A DNA stretch of 62,038 nucleotides, filler included, from Pirum gemmata (lineage: Eukaryota): the NCBI GenBank assembly GCA_002812295.1. It is 9 parts of 9 records of this genome, joined end to end, with 100 filler letters (N's around TTAATTAATTAA, not from the genome) between each part and the next. Parts side by side here need not be neighbours in the genome. Positions count along the whole stretch, not along the records: positions 35,001 to 41,762 come from PDIN01000258.1; positions 41,863 to 48,948 come from PDIN01000259.1; positions 49,049 to 55,483 come from PDIN01000260.1; 6 more parts are not named here. The stretch is one strand, 5' to 3'. Under the pieces are notes generated by a model. It ran no database searches. It had not been told where the DNA came from and saw nothing but the letters and a program-made list of their open reading frames with translations. The stretch's first letter is position 1, and each line of letters starts with the position of its first letter. Of this stretch, positions 39,626 to 53,190 are shown piece by piece. A program made the translations under genes and the position numbers.

Positions 39626-40166
39626 GTACCATGATTTTGTTGGTCATTTTTGAAAAAAAAAAGCTTTTTCAAACCAATTAAAAATCAATATATGAAAAAT
39701 GTGATGCTCATTTGATTCTCCATTGGCATCATAGTAGTATTGGCATCATAGTTTTGACAAATTCAAATGGATCTAATTTTAAAAAATGTAGCTAGTCCAA
39801 TCACTCTTTCCAATGATAATCGATTCAGCCAGTTAGACCTACTAGCCGGCTGCTACTAGCTAGCCTACATCAAAAAATTATTTATAAAAACATAAATCAC
39901 AACATAGTCATAGACAGCAACTCCAAAGTTCCAAACAACATTCATAACAACGACTACAACGCCATAATATTAGCTAGTCTATCTATCATTTACAGAATTT
40001 TTAGAAATCATCATCACAATTTATCATCATCATCATATTATTATCATCAGTCTCCCTGGTACGCTATAACATCAATAACCCAGTCTGAAGGACTATGATA
40101 GTTACTAGACTACTACTAGCTAGTCTACCAGCTGAGTCTACCAGTGTCTTATTATCTATTAAATGA

Positions 40167-40359
40167 TATTGTGCTTTTCATTTATTTTGTCACTATCTGA
40201 ATATTTATTTGGTTGGTTATGATATTTAAAAGCTGACATTTTTAAATTAATAAATAGATAATTAAATACACTAAATTAAATTAAATGGATTTATATAGCA
40301 TTAATTTGGTACTCTTTATTGTATATTTTACGATGACAAAACAACTGAAAAGCACAATA
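40167..40359. mobile_element. Family C MITE (reverse orientation)
   Basis: Perfect TATTGTGCTTTTCA / TGAAAAGCACAATA termini. Confidence 0.85.
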
Positions 40360-41024
40360 TTCTTAGCTGTCATACTGTAGACTCTGTAGAGTTAGTATGA
40401 GTTACTACTAGAGCCAGCTAGCTAGCTAGCTGTTACAGCTTAGTTAGGTGTTTTATATATAAAAGAAGTATAAAAGACTATTTTTTTTACAAATACACTC
40501 TTACACTAACTAGTAACTACTAACTAGTAACTATACTGTCTGTACAGCCTTCCAACATGATTGCCACTGATAGTGACCAGTGATAGTGGTTGATTGGGAT
40601 CTTATTGGGATCTGATTGGGTTATAAACTTGAAGTGTTAATAAAGGTTTTTCATTCGACAAAAAAATTTCTTGCATTTCTTCCACATCTTCCATTTTGGT
40701 CCATTTTTTTTATAATTTTAAAATACAGCCTATTATTTTTATTATCATATTATATCAGTATATGTAGCTGCCTACTACGCCTAGATCATATTATCATAGC
40801 TGCAATATTCATCATATGATAATATTTTATTATTATTATTTATCATATAGCTAATTTATCTATCAAGCTAATTTATAAATAAGAGAGGACAATGGCTTAC
40901 AATGTCTACATCGTGTAGTCCTATCATACAGTTCTCGATGGTTATTCTCTCTGCCTGAGACCACTGCAATAAGTCTGCCAGTGTCAGTCAGACCTTGCAC
41001 TCTGGGATTAAGTTACACAAAAAG

Positions 41025-41123
<99 letters not shown>

Positions 41124-41541
41124 NTTGTTTTTTTTTTTTTTTTTTTTTTCTAATTATGATAGACAAGTTTCCTGGGGTCTTTATATAATATCATGATAAT
41201 AATAAATTATAAAAAGTTACTGTTTTCCTTTATAAAAAAAGGAGGGAGCAGTAGGTTACAATTATATAGGTTTAAAAATTAAAGTTATAATTTGTTGATT
41301 TGCTTCATAATACTTTGGTATAAGTTAACTATTTGATTGTCAGTTGGTTGTGACTTGTTGTGTTTTTCATAATAAGACCATAATATAATAATATATAGTC
41401 TATGATGTATTTCTTGTTCTTTTGTAGAGTCTAGCTAGCTCCAGTTGACCTATCTAATAGAGCTAGCTATAGCTCTAGCTAGCTAGTAGGCTAGTAGCAA
41501 CTATCGGTATCATAGAGAGTCTATCATACTACTAGTATACT

Positions 41542-41593
<52 letters not shown>

Positions 41594-42314
41594 GTTAGTT
41601 CTCTAAAGAGGCTCGTAGTGAGTTTGGGGGTTTAAAAATTTAAAACTTTAATTACCAATTAATTGATGTATTGTTGTGTTGATATCAAGAGGTGAAAAAA
41701 TACAGTCTGTAGCAACCCAAAAAATTGTAATTTAGGGAAAAAATACCCATCACTTTTTTGGTNNNNNNNNNNNNNNNNNNNNNNNNNNNNNNNNNNNNNN
41801 NNNNNNTTAATTAATTAANNNNNNNNNNNNNNNNNNNNNNNNNNNNNNNNNNNNNNNNNNNNAATGATAATGATAATGATAATGATAATGATAATGACAG
41901 TAATAAATAATTAATAAATATAAATAAATAAATGAATAAATAAATAAATAAATAAATAAACCAACAAACAAAAAAACAAAAAAACAAAAAAACAAAAAAA
42001 CCAAACAGCCAAACAGCCAACCAGTATCAAACATAGATTATTAACTAAACATTTAATCATAACAATAAAAACAAACAACATACTAAATAAAAAATAATTA
42101 TGAACTACAAACCAACAAACACAAAAAAACGAGCAGAAAAACTTAAATAAATGGTAATAACACATCAATAAATAACATTAACAATTGAAAACCCAACACT
42201 CGAATTCTTTAATAACACAATAATACATAAACCAAAAGTAAATGGAAAAAAATAAAAATAAAAATAAAAATAACAAAGGAAATAATTAAAAATAATTAAA
42301 AATAACAAAATTAC

Positions 42315-42464
42315 TTTTCGAACTTCTTCACAATCACCCAAAACTATATTCATATGTTTATCAAAAGCCATAAAGGTTCCAACTAAGGTTCTATTATCAG
42401 TAATTGTCACCTTCATTCGGTAGTTGACGAAGTTCATCATCTTCGCACTTTTATTGACACTCAT
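42315..42464 (-). CDS. SNRPB: Spliceosomal Sm protein B, first exon
   Basis: MSVNKSAKMMNFVNYRMKVTITDNRTLVGTFMAFDKHMNIVLGDCEEVRK is the SmB N-terminus with the Sm1 motif. GT donor at 42314-42313; the rest is lost at the contig end. Confidence 0.92.
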
Positions 42465-42985
42465 GATGTCTGTGTTTAAAAAGAATATCATTTTAAAATT
42501 GTCACTATTAAATAATTACGATCGAGCTGTTTGATTCGATTATATTTTCTCATATCTCTCGCTATAGTATTTTTTAAAAAAATACTTATTATAGTAAAAA
42601 AAATACTTATTATATCATAGCATTATGGGGTTCATATATTTGGAACCAGATGTGGGTCTTTCGGTCCTTAACGTCTATATATATAAAATCGAACATATAA
42701 TATATATATATTTGATACAAATATAAATAGAATATCAAGCTTATAAATATAATATAATATTATTACCAGTGAGAACTTGGCTCGAAAGTATTTAGTGAGA
42801 CTTGCTCGATTGAAGTTTTTAGTGATACCCTTACGCTCAAAAAAGAATTTTGTTTTTTCCAGATTAAGTAGCTTTATTACTTATTTTGGTGATAATATTC
42901 ATATAATTTTGTTTTTTCCATTTTAAGTATCTTTATTACTTAGTTTGGGGTTGGTATTCATATAGCCAGTAGGGGAGTACTCTAG

Positions 42986-43143
42986 GGGAGTGTTTCAAAT
43001 AAAGGTTCAAATAATACGTCACGTCAAGGGGTAGGTAGGTAGGTGGTACTTGACTGGAAAGTAACGTCGAGGGGTGGGTAGGTAGGGGTATTTGAAGCTC
43101 TATTTGACTGGAAATTGGCTTTATGTAGTATTTGAATGCTCCC
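42986..43143. mobile_element. Family A MITE (reverse, diverged)
   Basis: GGGAGTGTTTCAAATA...TATTTGAATGCTCCC. Confidence 0.78.
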
Positions 43144-44720
43144 TAGCTGTGCCTTTTTTTTTTTTTTTTTTTGTTGTTTTTTTTTGGTGTGTTTTTTTTT
43201 TTTTTTTTTTTTTTGTAACCTACTCTACTACATGATATGATAGCTCTTTGCTACACGTAACCTTTGTTTTTTAATAATTTTAAAAAAATATACAACTACA
43301 CTACAACTATAGTGATAAAAAAACAATAGACCCTACTAGCTAGCTAGCTCTAGACGAACATTTTCTAGGAACATTTTTTTTATTTTTATTTTTTTATCGT
43401 AGACCTCCTAGCTAGCTAGCTAGACCGGGTCTACAACAACAATGCATGGGTCACAACTAAGACTCACAAGACTCACAACTATTATCATAATATTATTTAT
43501 ATCAGGGATAATGTATTATATTATAGGTGACAGCAACCCCAAGATTAATTAATAGATTAATAGGTCTACTTTCCTAATAGCCTAAACCCAGGCTAGCTAG
43601 CTATATATTATATCGCTACCAACTATTAATTAAATAGAGCAAAGATGATAGTATGATATCGATAATACAAAGACATGGAGTCTTTGCAATGATATCATGA
43701 TAGAAGGACTGTCAGTGATAGCAGCTTATACCTAGACACTCCTAGAGAGCTAGCTCTAGCTAGCTAGCTTAGAGGTAGACTCTACTCTACCTTAGTAGTG
43801 TCGTAGAGGTAGACTATCGTAAAGTATCGGTCTCCATTTGCATAGTATGATAGCGCATCACGATAGTTTTGTAGTTGTAGACTCTGGAGTCACTCTGGAG
43901 TCTGGACTGGAACCAGACGGAAACATCTAACTAAAGCCCCAAAGCCTGCTAAAAAAACCCCTTATTTTTTTTTTCTAAACCCTTTTTTTGATAATGATGA
44001 AAATTATTATTATCTATTATAAATTTATACTACTAGCTAGGACGCTACAGTTTAGCTACGAAAGTATAATTAGTATTACATTTATACAGTTTATAGTATA
44101 CTAAATTATTATCATATATAATATTATGATAAATAATAATAATTATAAAAATTAGGTCTCTAGATTATTTTTTCTAAATAAAGAAAATAATAATAATAAA
44201 TAACTAATAAACGAGTTTCCTTTTTCTTTTCTTTTTTGACCAGTGGTGGACTTAATACGGATGATGTCTGGTGAGGCCCAACTCTCAGCGCTGGGCCTTA
44301 CTGGCTGATGGTCCTTCATTATTAGATTTCTGTCCACTGACAGTTCTTTTGTCCTAGCTAGCTAGCTAGTCTTTTGTCACTTGTAACTTGTAAGTTGTCA
44401 CAGTGTTGTAACTTGTAAGTTGTCAACTCTTTGGCTCTAGTTAGCTGTCTGTCAAGTTTCAACAGGTTCAATGTCCTGCAGAGGTTGTTTTGTCCACAGT
44501 TTTTTGTATGATACACAAAAGTAGACCCTTAGCCAGCTACTACTTGAGCTAGCTAGCTAGCTAGAGAGTCGTAGAGACTAGCTAGTAGCTACTACTATTT
44601 TTCTATGACATCATATTTTGACAAATAATACATTTTTTTTTTTTTTAATGTGATGGGACTCATGAGAGTCGTAGATCATATTAGTCTATTATTACTTTAT
44701 TATTATTAATATTTTTAATA

Positions 44721-44936
44721 ACCAGGCCGGATAAAAATTACTACATCTGCCATATGAGCTCAAAATCCGAAAATCTCAAAATGATCCAATTTTAATGAAA
44801 GTACTACCAAATTTTGAGAAATCCTCTATTATGAGCCAATAACCAGCTTTTAAAATAATTTGGCTGGTTATAGTTAAAGGTTTTCAGAAAAAAAGTCTGA
44901 AAAAAATGATTTCTACCGTTTTATCCAGCTTGGCTG
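44721..44936. mobile_element. Family E MITE
   Basis: ACCAGGCCGGATAAAA...TTTTATCCAGCTTGGCTG followed by TTAA. Confidence 0.78.
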
Positions 44937-45048
44937 TTAAAAAAAAGTGGAACAAGTAACAATCCTCAGAGTAACAATCAATCATACAGTCGAAAAAAAA
45001 GTACACTGTACACAACTTTGAGGGAATATCTTCTTTCTGTATCGACAG

Positions 45049-45237
45049 TATCGTGCTTTTCAGTTATTTTGTCGTCATAACATATACAATAAATAGTACC
45101 AAATTAATACAATATAAATCCATTTCATTTAATTTGGTATATTTTAATATATATTTATTTATTTAAAAGTATCAATTTTAATATTATAAACAGCCAAATA
45201 AATATTCGGAGTGGCAAAATAAATGAAAAGCACAATA
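45049..45237. mobile_element. Family C MITE
   Basis: TATCGTGCTTTTCA...TGAAAAGCACAATA. Confidence 0.85.
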
Positions 45238-45818
45238 ATTGCTAACTAGCTAGTAGGGCTTAGCTAGTTAGGATGGGGGTTTACCGCATGACATGTACTC
45301 AATGGATTTATATGAAAACAGGTAATTTGGCCCCTCTCAATTTACTATTAAGTGCTGCTTATCCTAGTTACTATATATAGTAACTTTTAAAGTAGTCTAA
45401 GAGGGACAATTTAATGACGTCAATATCAGTTTTTTTTAAAAAAAAAAGGCTCGAAAAAATAATAGTAAAATTCACTCAAATAAAAATAACCGTAAAATTC
45501 ATATTCACTCAAATAAAATTCAATCGCTTTGTTCAAAAAGCGGGTGATAATGACGCACATGAGTACACATAGGCCTGTACATATTTATAATAAAATTATG
45601 AAACTAAAACTTATAACAGTACTAGTATCTGAGATAACATAACGTTACATACGAATTTTAACAAGTTGTGTAACGAAAACGAAAATACTTCTTTATTTGA
45701 AATAAAACATGATAAATGATATCTGAAATAATATTATATTCCATCTTTTATTAAAACTATTATGTATTATTGTTGGTTATCAAACGGCTTATAATAATTA
45801 TATTCAACGAATATATTA

Positions 45819-46115
45819 TCAGGCAGCATGATAGGTTTTGCTGTTTGCTGGTCTAGGTCGGGGAGTGGAAGGTCCTTGTCCAGCTACTTTTTTATTGGGA
45901 AAATTATTACTATCACCTAAGCGACACACACTACTACTACTACTACCACTACTATTACTACCACCACCACTACTACTACCACTGCTACTACTACTACTAC
46001 TAGTACTTCTACCACTAGTACTGCTGATGCTGCTGCTGCCAGTAGTAGCAGTAGTAGTAGTAGTAGTTATGATACTACCATTATTATTATTACTATTATT
46101 ACTATTAATATTATT

Positions 46116-46175
<60 letters not shown>

Positions 46176-46238
46176 GTTATTGTTATTGTTATTATTAATA
46201 TTATTATTATTATTATTATTATTGTTGTTGTTGCTAAC

Positions 46239-46283
<45 letters not shown>

Positions 46284-47846
46284 GTTATAAATATTGTTAT
46301 TGTTATTGTTATTAGTATTGTTATTGTTATTAATATTAATATTGTTATTGTTATTGTTGCTATTATTATTATTACTGCTTTTACGCTTGCTAATGGGTAA
46401 CTTTGTAGTCCTATAATTACTTAAATCTCCATCATCTTCATCATTTTTATAATTGTCGCCGTCCTCAACCTCGTTCTCGTCCTCGTTCTCGTCATCATCA
46501 TACTCTTCAAACGAATTTGCCGTACTGTGAGTAAAACTATTATAATTATTATATATATCATAGTTATTGCAAGCAGGTTGACCACCATTATTATTCTGGT
46601 TATAAACCATGGCAGCTTGGGCCACCATAGCGATAGTAGCGATGGCTTCAGGATTCAAATATAGGCGTTCGTTTACAATGTTTTCGGCTATAGATGCAAT
46701 ATCAGGAGACATAGTCATTTCTATAGAGTGAAGGTAATTTAAATTATTAATTAACATTTTTTTCAGTAAACTAATTCTTCTTAAATTTTCGTTGGATTTT
46801 TTTGTTTCTTGGTTAAGTTTTTCACAGGAAACGTAAAACAGTTGCATTGCTACAATCCATTCTCTTAGTTTGTTATTGTCCTCCTCGGAAAGGTCGTCCA
46901 AGAAAAAATTAGGATCATCATCTTCATCATAGTTATTAATCATATCTGGTGTATTTGGTACATCTTGTCCACTTTCAGGTTCCAAGTTACTATTAGAGCA
47001 AGTACCTACGTTACTATTGCGAGTAGCTTCATTGCTATCCCTATCATCTTCAAACCATTCTGATCCACTGTGGTAGTTATCATTGTTATTGATATTTTTG
47101 ATCTTATAATCATCGATATTATCAATATTCGTGTTATTGTTATTATTGTTGCCATTTTTGTTATTATCGTTATCGATATCGTTATCGGTATCTTCAGCAT
47201 TAATATTAATATTAGTTTTTTTATTGCTCTTGTTGTCATTGTTATTGTTAGGGGTAGTAGTAGTAGTAGTATCGGCACCGTGATTGCTGTTATTTCTATT
47301 GTTAGGGGTAGTAGTAGTAGTATCGGTACTACTTATAATAAGATCCTTATTATCATTGGTACTAGTTTTAGTAATGGGTTTTTGGTTATCATCCTTATCC
47401 TTATCCTTCACCAAATTATTGCTTACATCACCGTTATCACTTAAGTTTAAACCACAAATACATCCCTCATCTTCTTCATTACTATCGATTACAACACAGA
47501 CATTCTCTTCTACATCTACAGAATCACAAAAGCAAGGTGTAACTTCTTCTATTATTATATTTTCATTGTGGCTTTCAGCTTGGGCCTTGTCAAATTGTTC
47601 TCTGGCTTTTGTCTTAAGTGAAGGTAGGTTTTCTTGTTGCCCAGTTTTTTTTTTTTTTTGTAGTTGTGGTACTTGGACTTGCTCTTGGTAAGATGGTACT
47701 GTTGGTGTGTACAAAGTTAGCGATTTCCTTTGCGATTGTGGTTGAGGTTGAACATGGTTTGACTTTGAAAACAATGTCGTGTTTTGATACTCAATATTGA
47801 CATTGTTTCTCTTTGTTGGTAACAGCAAATGATTTTTATTACGCAT
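45819..47846 (-). CDS. Hypothetical 675-aa Asn/Ser/Asp-rich low-complexity protein
   Basis: 2-kb uninterrupted ORF in very AT-rich DNA. It contains non-repetitive segments (CFCD...CICG, and a predicted helical LREWIVAMQLFYVSCEKL region) plus poly-N and poly-S tracts. No family recognised. Confidence 0.6.
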
Positions 47847-48324
47847 TGCTTTAATTAATTAAATAATTTTGTAATCGTAATATTCAATACTAAATTATGT
47901 ATCAATAATAATATTAAAAAAATAATGCTAACTATAAAAAAGGTACGAATATAATAAATGCCGATAAAAACAATTTTTGATAAAGATAATGATATAATAA
48001 TACTAGCAATAATACAATTCTTCTTTATGCTTTTTTTTACTTTTTATTTTTTATTATTATTATTATTATTTTAAATGTATTTAAAAAATAAAAAAATAAT
48101 AATAATAAAAAAATGTTGTCATATAAATAGTTTGTTTATAAACACTAGTTATATATATAGAATATATATAAAACAAAAAAAAACAAAAAAAAAAATATGA
48201 TATAGTAATATGATATTTGTAAGTGTCATATACGGTAGTAACTGTAGTAAATGATATTTTTTAAAAAAAAACTAAAAAAAACACTCATGTTGTCTGGTAG
48301 TAGTAGGCAGCAGCATACTGNTTA

Positions 48325-48361
<37 letters not shown>

Positions 48362-51165
48362 GTTATTGTTATTGTTATTGTTATTAGTATTAGCACTTTA
48401 TTGTTAACACTTTATCACTTTATTATCATTATACCTTATTTCTATCAGAATTAGATATTATCGTTATGAATAATATGCATTGCTGTTTTATCATAACAAT
48501 TATCAATAAATAATAGCGTAACATTATTATATTGTCATTATTATTACTGTTATGATCATTATTATTATTATTTATGACATAATATTATTCATCTATATAA
48601 TTTTAGTTATAAATAATCAGCAAAAAGGGAAAAAAGAATCTATATGTATCTATATGTATCATATACACTTGTATAGCTCTTGCATATATGTTTAATATAC
48701 TATATGTAATATACCTAACTTATTATAGACTTAACTGTATTTATGAATAAATTACAGGAATAAATTATGTATTTATAAGCAAAAAAGTAATTGCTGTAGG
48801 ATCACTCCAATTGCTATCATAATTTTAATTTTTTTAAAAATATGATGTATCATACTGTGTGTGGGATTCATTCATAAACAGATAACAATGCTTTCATTCT
48901 TTTTTTTTTTTTTTTTGTAACCTACTCTACTACATGATATGATAGCTCNNNNNNNNNNNNNNNNNNNNNNNNNNNNNNNNNNNNNNNNNNNNTTAATTAA
49001 TTAANNNNNNNNNNNNNNNNNNNNNNNNNNNNNNNNNNNNNNNNNNNNATTATTTATTATTTATTATTGCGTATACTTATTCATGCATATATATGGTACT
49101 TGAAAATTTTATATTAGTGTTAAATTATAATATTAAAATATAGTTAATTAATATGTATATGGTTTTTTTTGTCAGTAAGATTATATGGTATTGTTACAAT
49201 TTTAATCCATCTTATATATATACAAGTTAAAACTTTATTTGTGATTCAATACAAACTCCTGTGTGTGTATTAATATTATATAATAATATTAATAAAGTTT
49301 TATTTTTTTCCTATAATATTATTTATGGTTATGTATGGTTATGGTTGTAATAGTTATAGTAATACTTAATTATGACTGTTTCTCTTTTTAAATTCTAAAG
49401 ATATTGAGTTATAATAAGTTACAACGTTTTATATTTGGATAGAAGGATTCTCAAATCTACCTACTTTAAATTTAATTATTACACTACGTATACACCTTCA
49501 CAAGAATATTAATACTACAAGAATCATAATATTCATAACTAACTCAATATTACTCAATATTGATATACTTTTTCTAACAGCCTTTTCTATTCTCAGCTTT
49601 TCTGTTTTAATTAAAACATTTACTTCGGGTTTTCATCTTTTTCATCTTTAAAAAATTAGGCTAGATAAAGTTAGGGTATTGCAATAAAGGGTGCATACCA
49701 GTATTATTAGACTATAATAATACTATATGATATAATAATATTATATTTGCTGTAGTCTAATATAGTCTAATCTATAGTTTTGAGATTTAATACCACATTT
49801 TTGCAAGTACAATTTTGATTTTTTTCAAAAATCAAAAAAGTTCTGTGGAAAAGTTAGTATACTACTGTAGTGTTTGTTAGATATAATATAATTGTATTAT
49901 GGATACTGATATTAATATTATTAATTTTTTAAAACAAAAGACTGCGTAGACTGCGTAGACTATATACTCTAAATCAGTAACTAAATCAGTTCTAAATCAG
50001 TTCTAAAACTTCTAAATCAGTTCCAAATCTCTACAAAAAGAATGTAAAAATACTGTAAAAATATTAAAAAAAACAATTTTTAAAAAGTATAAATAGTATA
50101 AATTAGCTGTATAAATATCATAGTTTTAAAAAAAAGTATTTTAAAGTATAATGGAATGTAGTAGTAATGTAGTATACAGTATATGATACTGTACATTGTA
50201 TAGATTATATATCATAAATGGCTGGAGATTATGACTGGAGATTATGATAATTATTTTTGTTATAACGTTAACTGACTACTGACTAGCGTTATTATTAATA
50301 TGATGACAACTATCATCTATCAATGTTTATTATCAATATATTATGTATAACAATCATTACAGTACAGAACTTAATAGAACTTAGTACAGTGACTTCAGAC
50401 CAAATATTGAATCTATATATAATTATGTATTATGTATATATTACATTACAATTTTAATGAATAATATGATAATAATAGTGTATCATCTATTTCAGTTCAG
50501 TAGTCCTCTCAATCTTTAATTCGGTACTATTTAAGTGTATAATTGAACTTGTTTATAAAATACAACATTAAGTATAAAATACCAAATTAATTAAAACATG
50601 TCTAATAGTTTAACCATGATAATAATTTAGTACTTTACTTGAGTTTATGAACTGGACAACACTATTGAAAAACACGATATGATAATTTTGATAATATTAA
50701 CAACTAGTAGTTAATTAATTAATATATAGTAATATGATAATAAAACGTGTTTATTGCAAAACGAAACAAAAAATAGAGAACTACTATCATACTAAAGAAG
50801 CTATGATACTAAATGAACGATTTTTTTATTATTATTATCATATCATATAATATCGTAATATATATTTTTAAATGATATTTTAATTAATTTTAATATCATA
50901 AAAAAAAAAAATCAAATGATGATTTTTAGTGATTTTTCCTACTAGTCTATTTTTTAAAAAAATCAAAACTTTTTGGTTTGCCTTTTCTAAATTTTTCTTT
51001 TACTGATTATTTTTATTATTATTTTTCGATCTCGTTTTTCCTAGCTATAGATTCCCTCTTTTTTTTTTCTTCAGGTTTATTATATACTTCTATTATCGAT
51101 ATCTACAATGTCATGTAGAGTAGACATGATGTAGTCACATTATGTGATACATTTTATGCAATATT

Positions 51166-51354
51166 TATAGTGCTTTTCAGTTGTTTTGTCGTCATAAAAT
51201 ATACAATAAATAGTACCAAATTAATATAATATAAATCCATTTCATTTAATTTGGTATATTTTATTATCCATTTATTCATTTAACAATGCCAATTAAAAAA
51301 TTATAAACAACCAAATAAATATTCGGAGTGACAAAATAAATGAAAAGCGCTATA
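51166..51354. mobile_element. Family C MITE
   Basis: TATAGTGCTTTTCA...TGAAAAGCGCTATA. Confidence 0.85.
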
Positions 51355-52148
51355 ATATTATATAAACAGCTTAATAAACATACTATATTATATACTAGCT
51401 AGTATACTTGGTCTACGTTACATTGTATAAACAGCTTAATAAACATACTATATATATATATTATAATATACTAGTATACTTGGTTTACACCCTGATTTTT
51501 CATTGTGTTTTTATCGATAATATTTCTAAAGGGAAAGCATATGACTCATATATTATATTCTATATAATATTATATTCTTGGTCTACACCCTGATTTTTCA
51601 TTGTGTTTTATCGATAGTATTTCTAAAGGGAAAGCAATACCAAAGCATATGACTCATATAGTTCAGGAGACAATTTCTCAAATTTTAGTAGTAGTAGTGT
51701 AGCAGTAGCTGTAGTAGACTAGTGCAGCTATGATATAAATTGGAGCATTTTGTGATTTTTTGGATTTTTTGAAAACCGGATTTTATTGGTATAGAATGTT
51801 TTACATTTTGGACATTATGATTTCTATCTGTCGTTAGATCAGAGTCTAGCTACTAGAGCGGCTACTAGAGCCTAGAGCCTAGAGCTAGCTAGTAGCTATC
51901 ATAGCTAGAGATTAGAGTTTAGCTACTAGATACACTACTAGATAGTGAGTGGACTGAGTGGAGTGTGAGTGGCCATACACTTAGTGTGCCAGAGTTTTTT
52001 TTTTTTTCTTTGATAGACTATGTATCAGTAGTGTGTCAGTATCGATACTGTAGACTATCGATAGTGTATCATCAGTGCATCTGAGTGCATCAGTGCATCA
52101 GTGCTATGTATACTAGTCTATATAACATTTTAAAAAATAAAAGAGCTG

Positions 52149-52230
52149 GTTAGGGTTAGGATTAGGGTTAGGATTAGGGTTAGGGTTAGGGTTAGGGTTA
52201 GGGTTAGGGTTAGGTACTCTAGGGGTTAGG
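52149..52230. repeat. Interstitial (TTAGGG)n array
   Basis: Direct tandem units in mid-contig. Confidence 0.9.
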
Positions 52231-52640
52231 TATGATAGGTAGCTTAGTAGCTAGCTAGAGACTTAATTTATAGCTCCTCTTCTATCGATAGCTAGCTAGC
52301 TAGCTAGCCCTAGACTATTTATTATAATATTAATAAACCAAGCCAGATAAAACTATGGAACTCATTTTTTTTTAGACTTCTTTTCTAAAAACCTTTAATT
52401 CTAACTAGCCAAATTATTTTTAAAAACTGATTCATAATACTTTCAGAGTTTTCTTAGTAAGACAATTCTCAAAATTTGGCGGTAGTACTTTTAATTAAAA
52501 TGGGATCATTTTGAGATTTTTGGTGGATGTCACAATTTTTATCAAAAAAAAAAAAGTCACATTTTTTTAATCCGGGCTTGGCAGTCCAGTCCGGCTTGGT
52601 AAAAAACTGTCCTCCTCTGTTTATAGTTTTTTTTTTTTAA

Positions 52641-52884
52641 CAGCCAAGCCGGATGGATAAAACTGTAGAAATCATTTTTTTTAAAGACTTTTTTCTAAAA
52701 ACCATTAATGATAACTCTAGAGTGATAACTAACCAAATTATTTTTAAAAGCTAGTCATTGGTTTATAGTAGAGTTTTCTTAGTCACACTATTTACCATAT
52801 TTTGGTAGTACTTTTAATAAAATTGGATCAATTTAGATATTGAGCTCATATGGCAGTTGTCACCATTTTTATCCGGCTTGGTAG
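52641..52884. mobile_element. Family E MITE with TTAA on both sides
   Basis: TTAA-CAGCCAAGCCGGAT...ATCCGGCTTGGTAG-TTAA. Confidence 0.85.
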
Positions 52885-52959
52885 TTAAAAAAAAAAAAAA
52901 ACAGTTCCTGTTTTTAGAAGGAGTCATGATCAATCTTGGATATACTTTTGAACTTTCCT

Positions 52960-53190
52960 AGTAGGGGTGAGATATCTACTGGAACTTTTTTCGAACAGAT
53001 GCTTATCGAGCCAACCCTAGTTCCGTGTTCTTTACTAATAATAGCAGTTAAATAGCTTAAAATAGCAAATCTAATTATAAAATTACCAATTAAAGTAATA
53101 ATATTAACATTAATAGTAACAAAACCATAAAATCGGAAAAGTTCCGGCAGCTGTTCGGTAATTATAAAATGACGTCATCTCACCCCTACT
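52960..53190. mobile_element. MITE family F with 8-bp TSD
   Basis: Perfect TIR AGTAGGGGTGAGAT / ATCTCACCCCTACT; ACTTTCCT on both sides. Confidence 0.82.

Noticed and set aside
45838..47800. Plus-strand and alternative-frame ORFs overlapping the 675-aa ORF
   Set aside because: They are shadow frames of low-complexity sequence.
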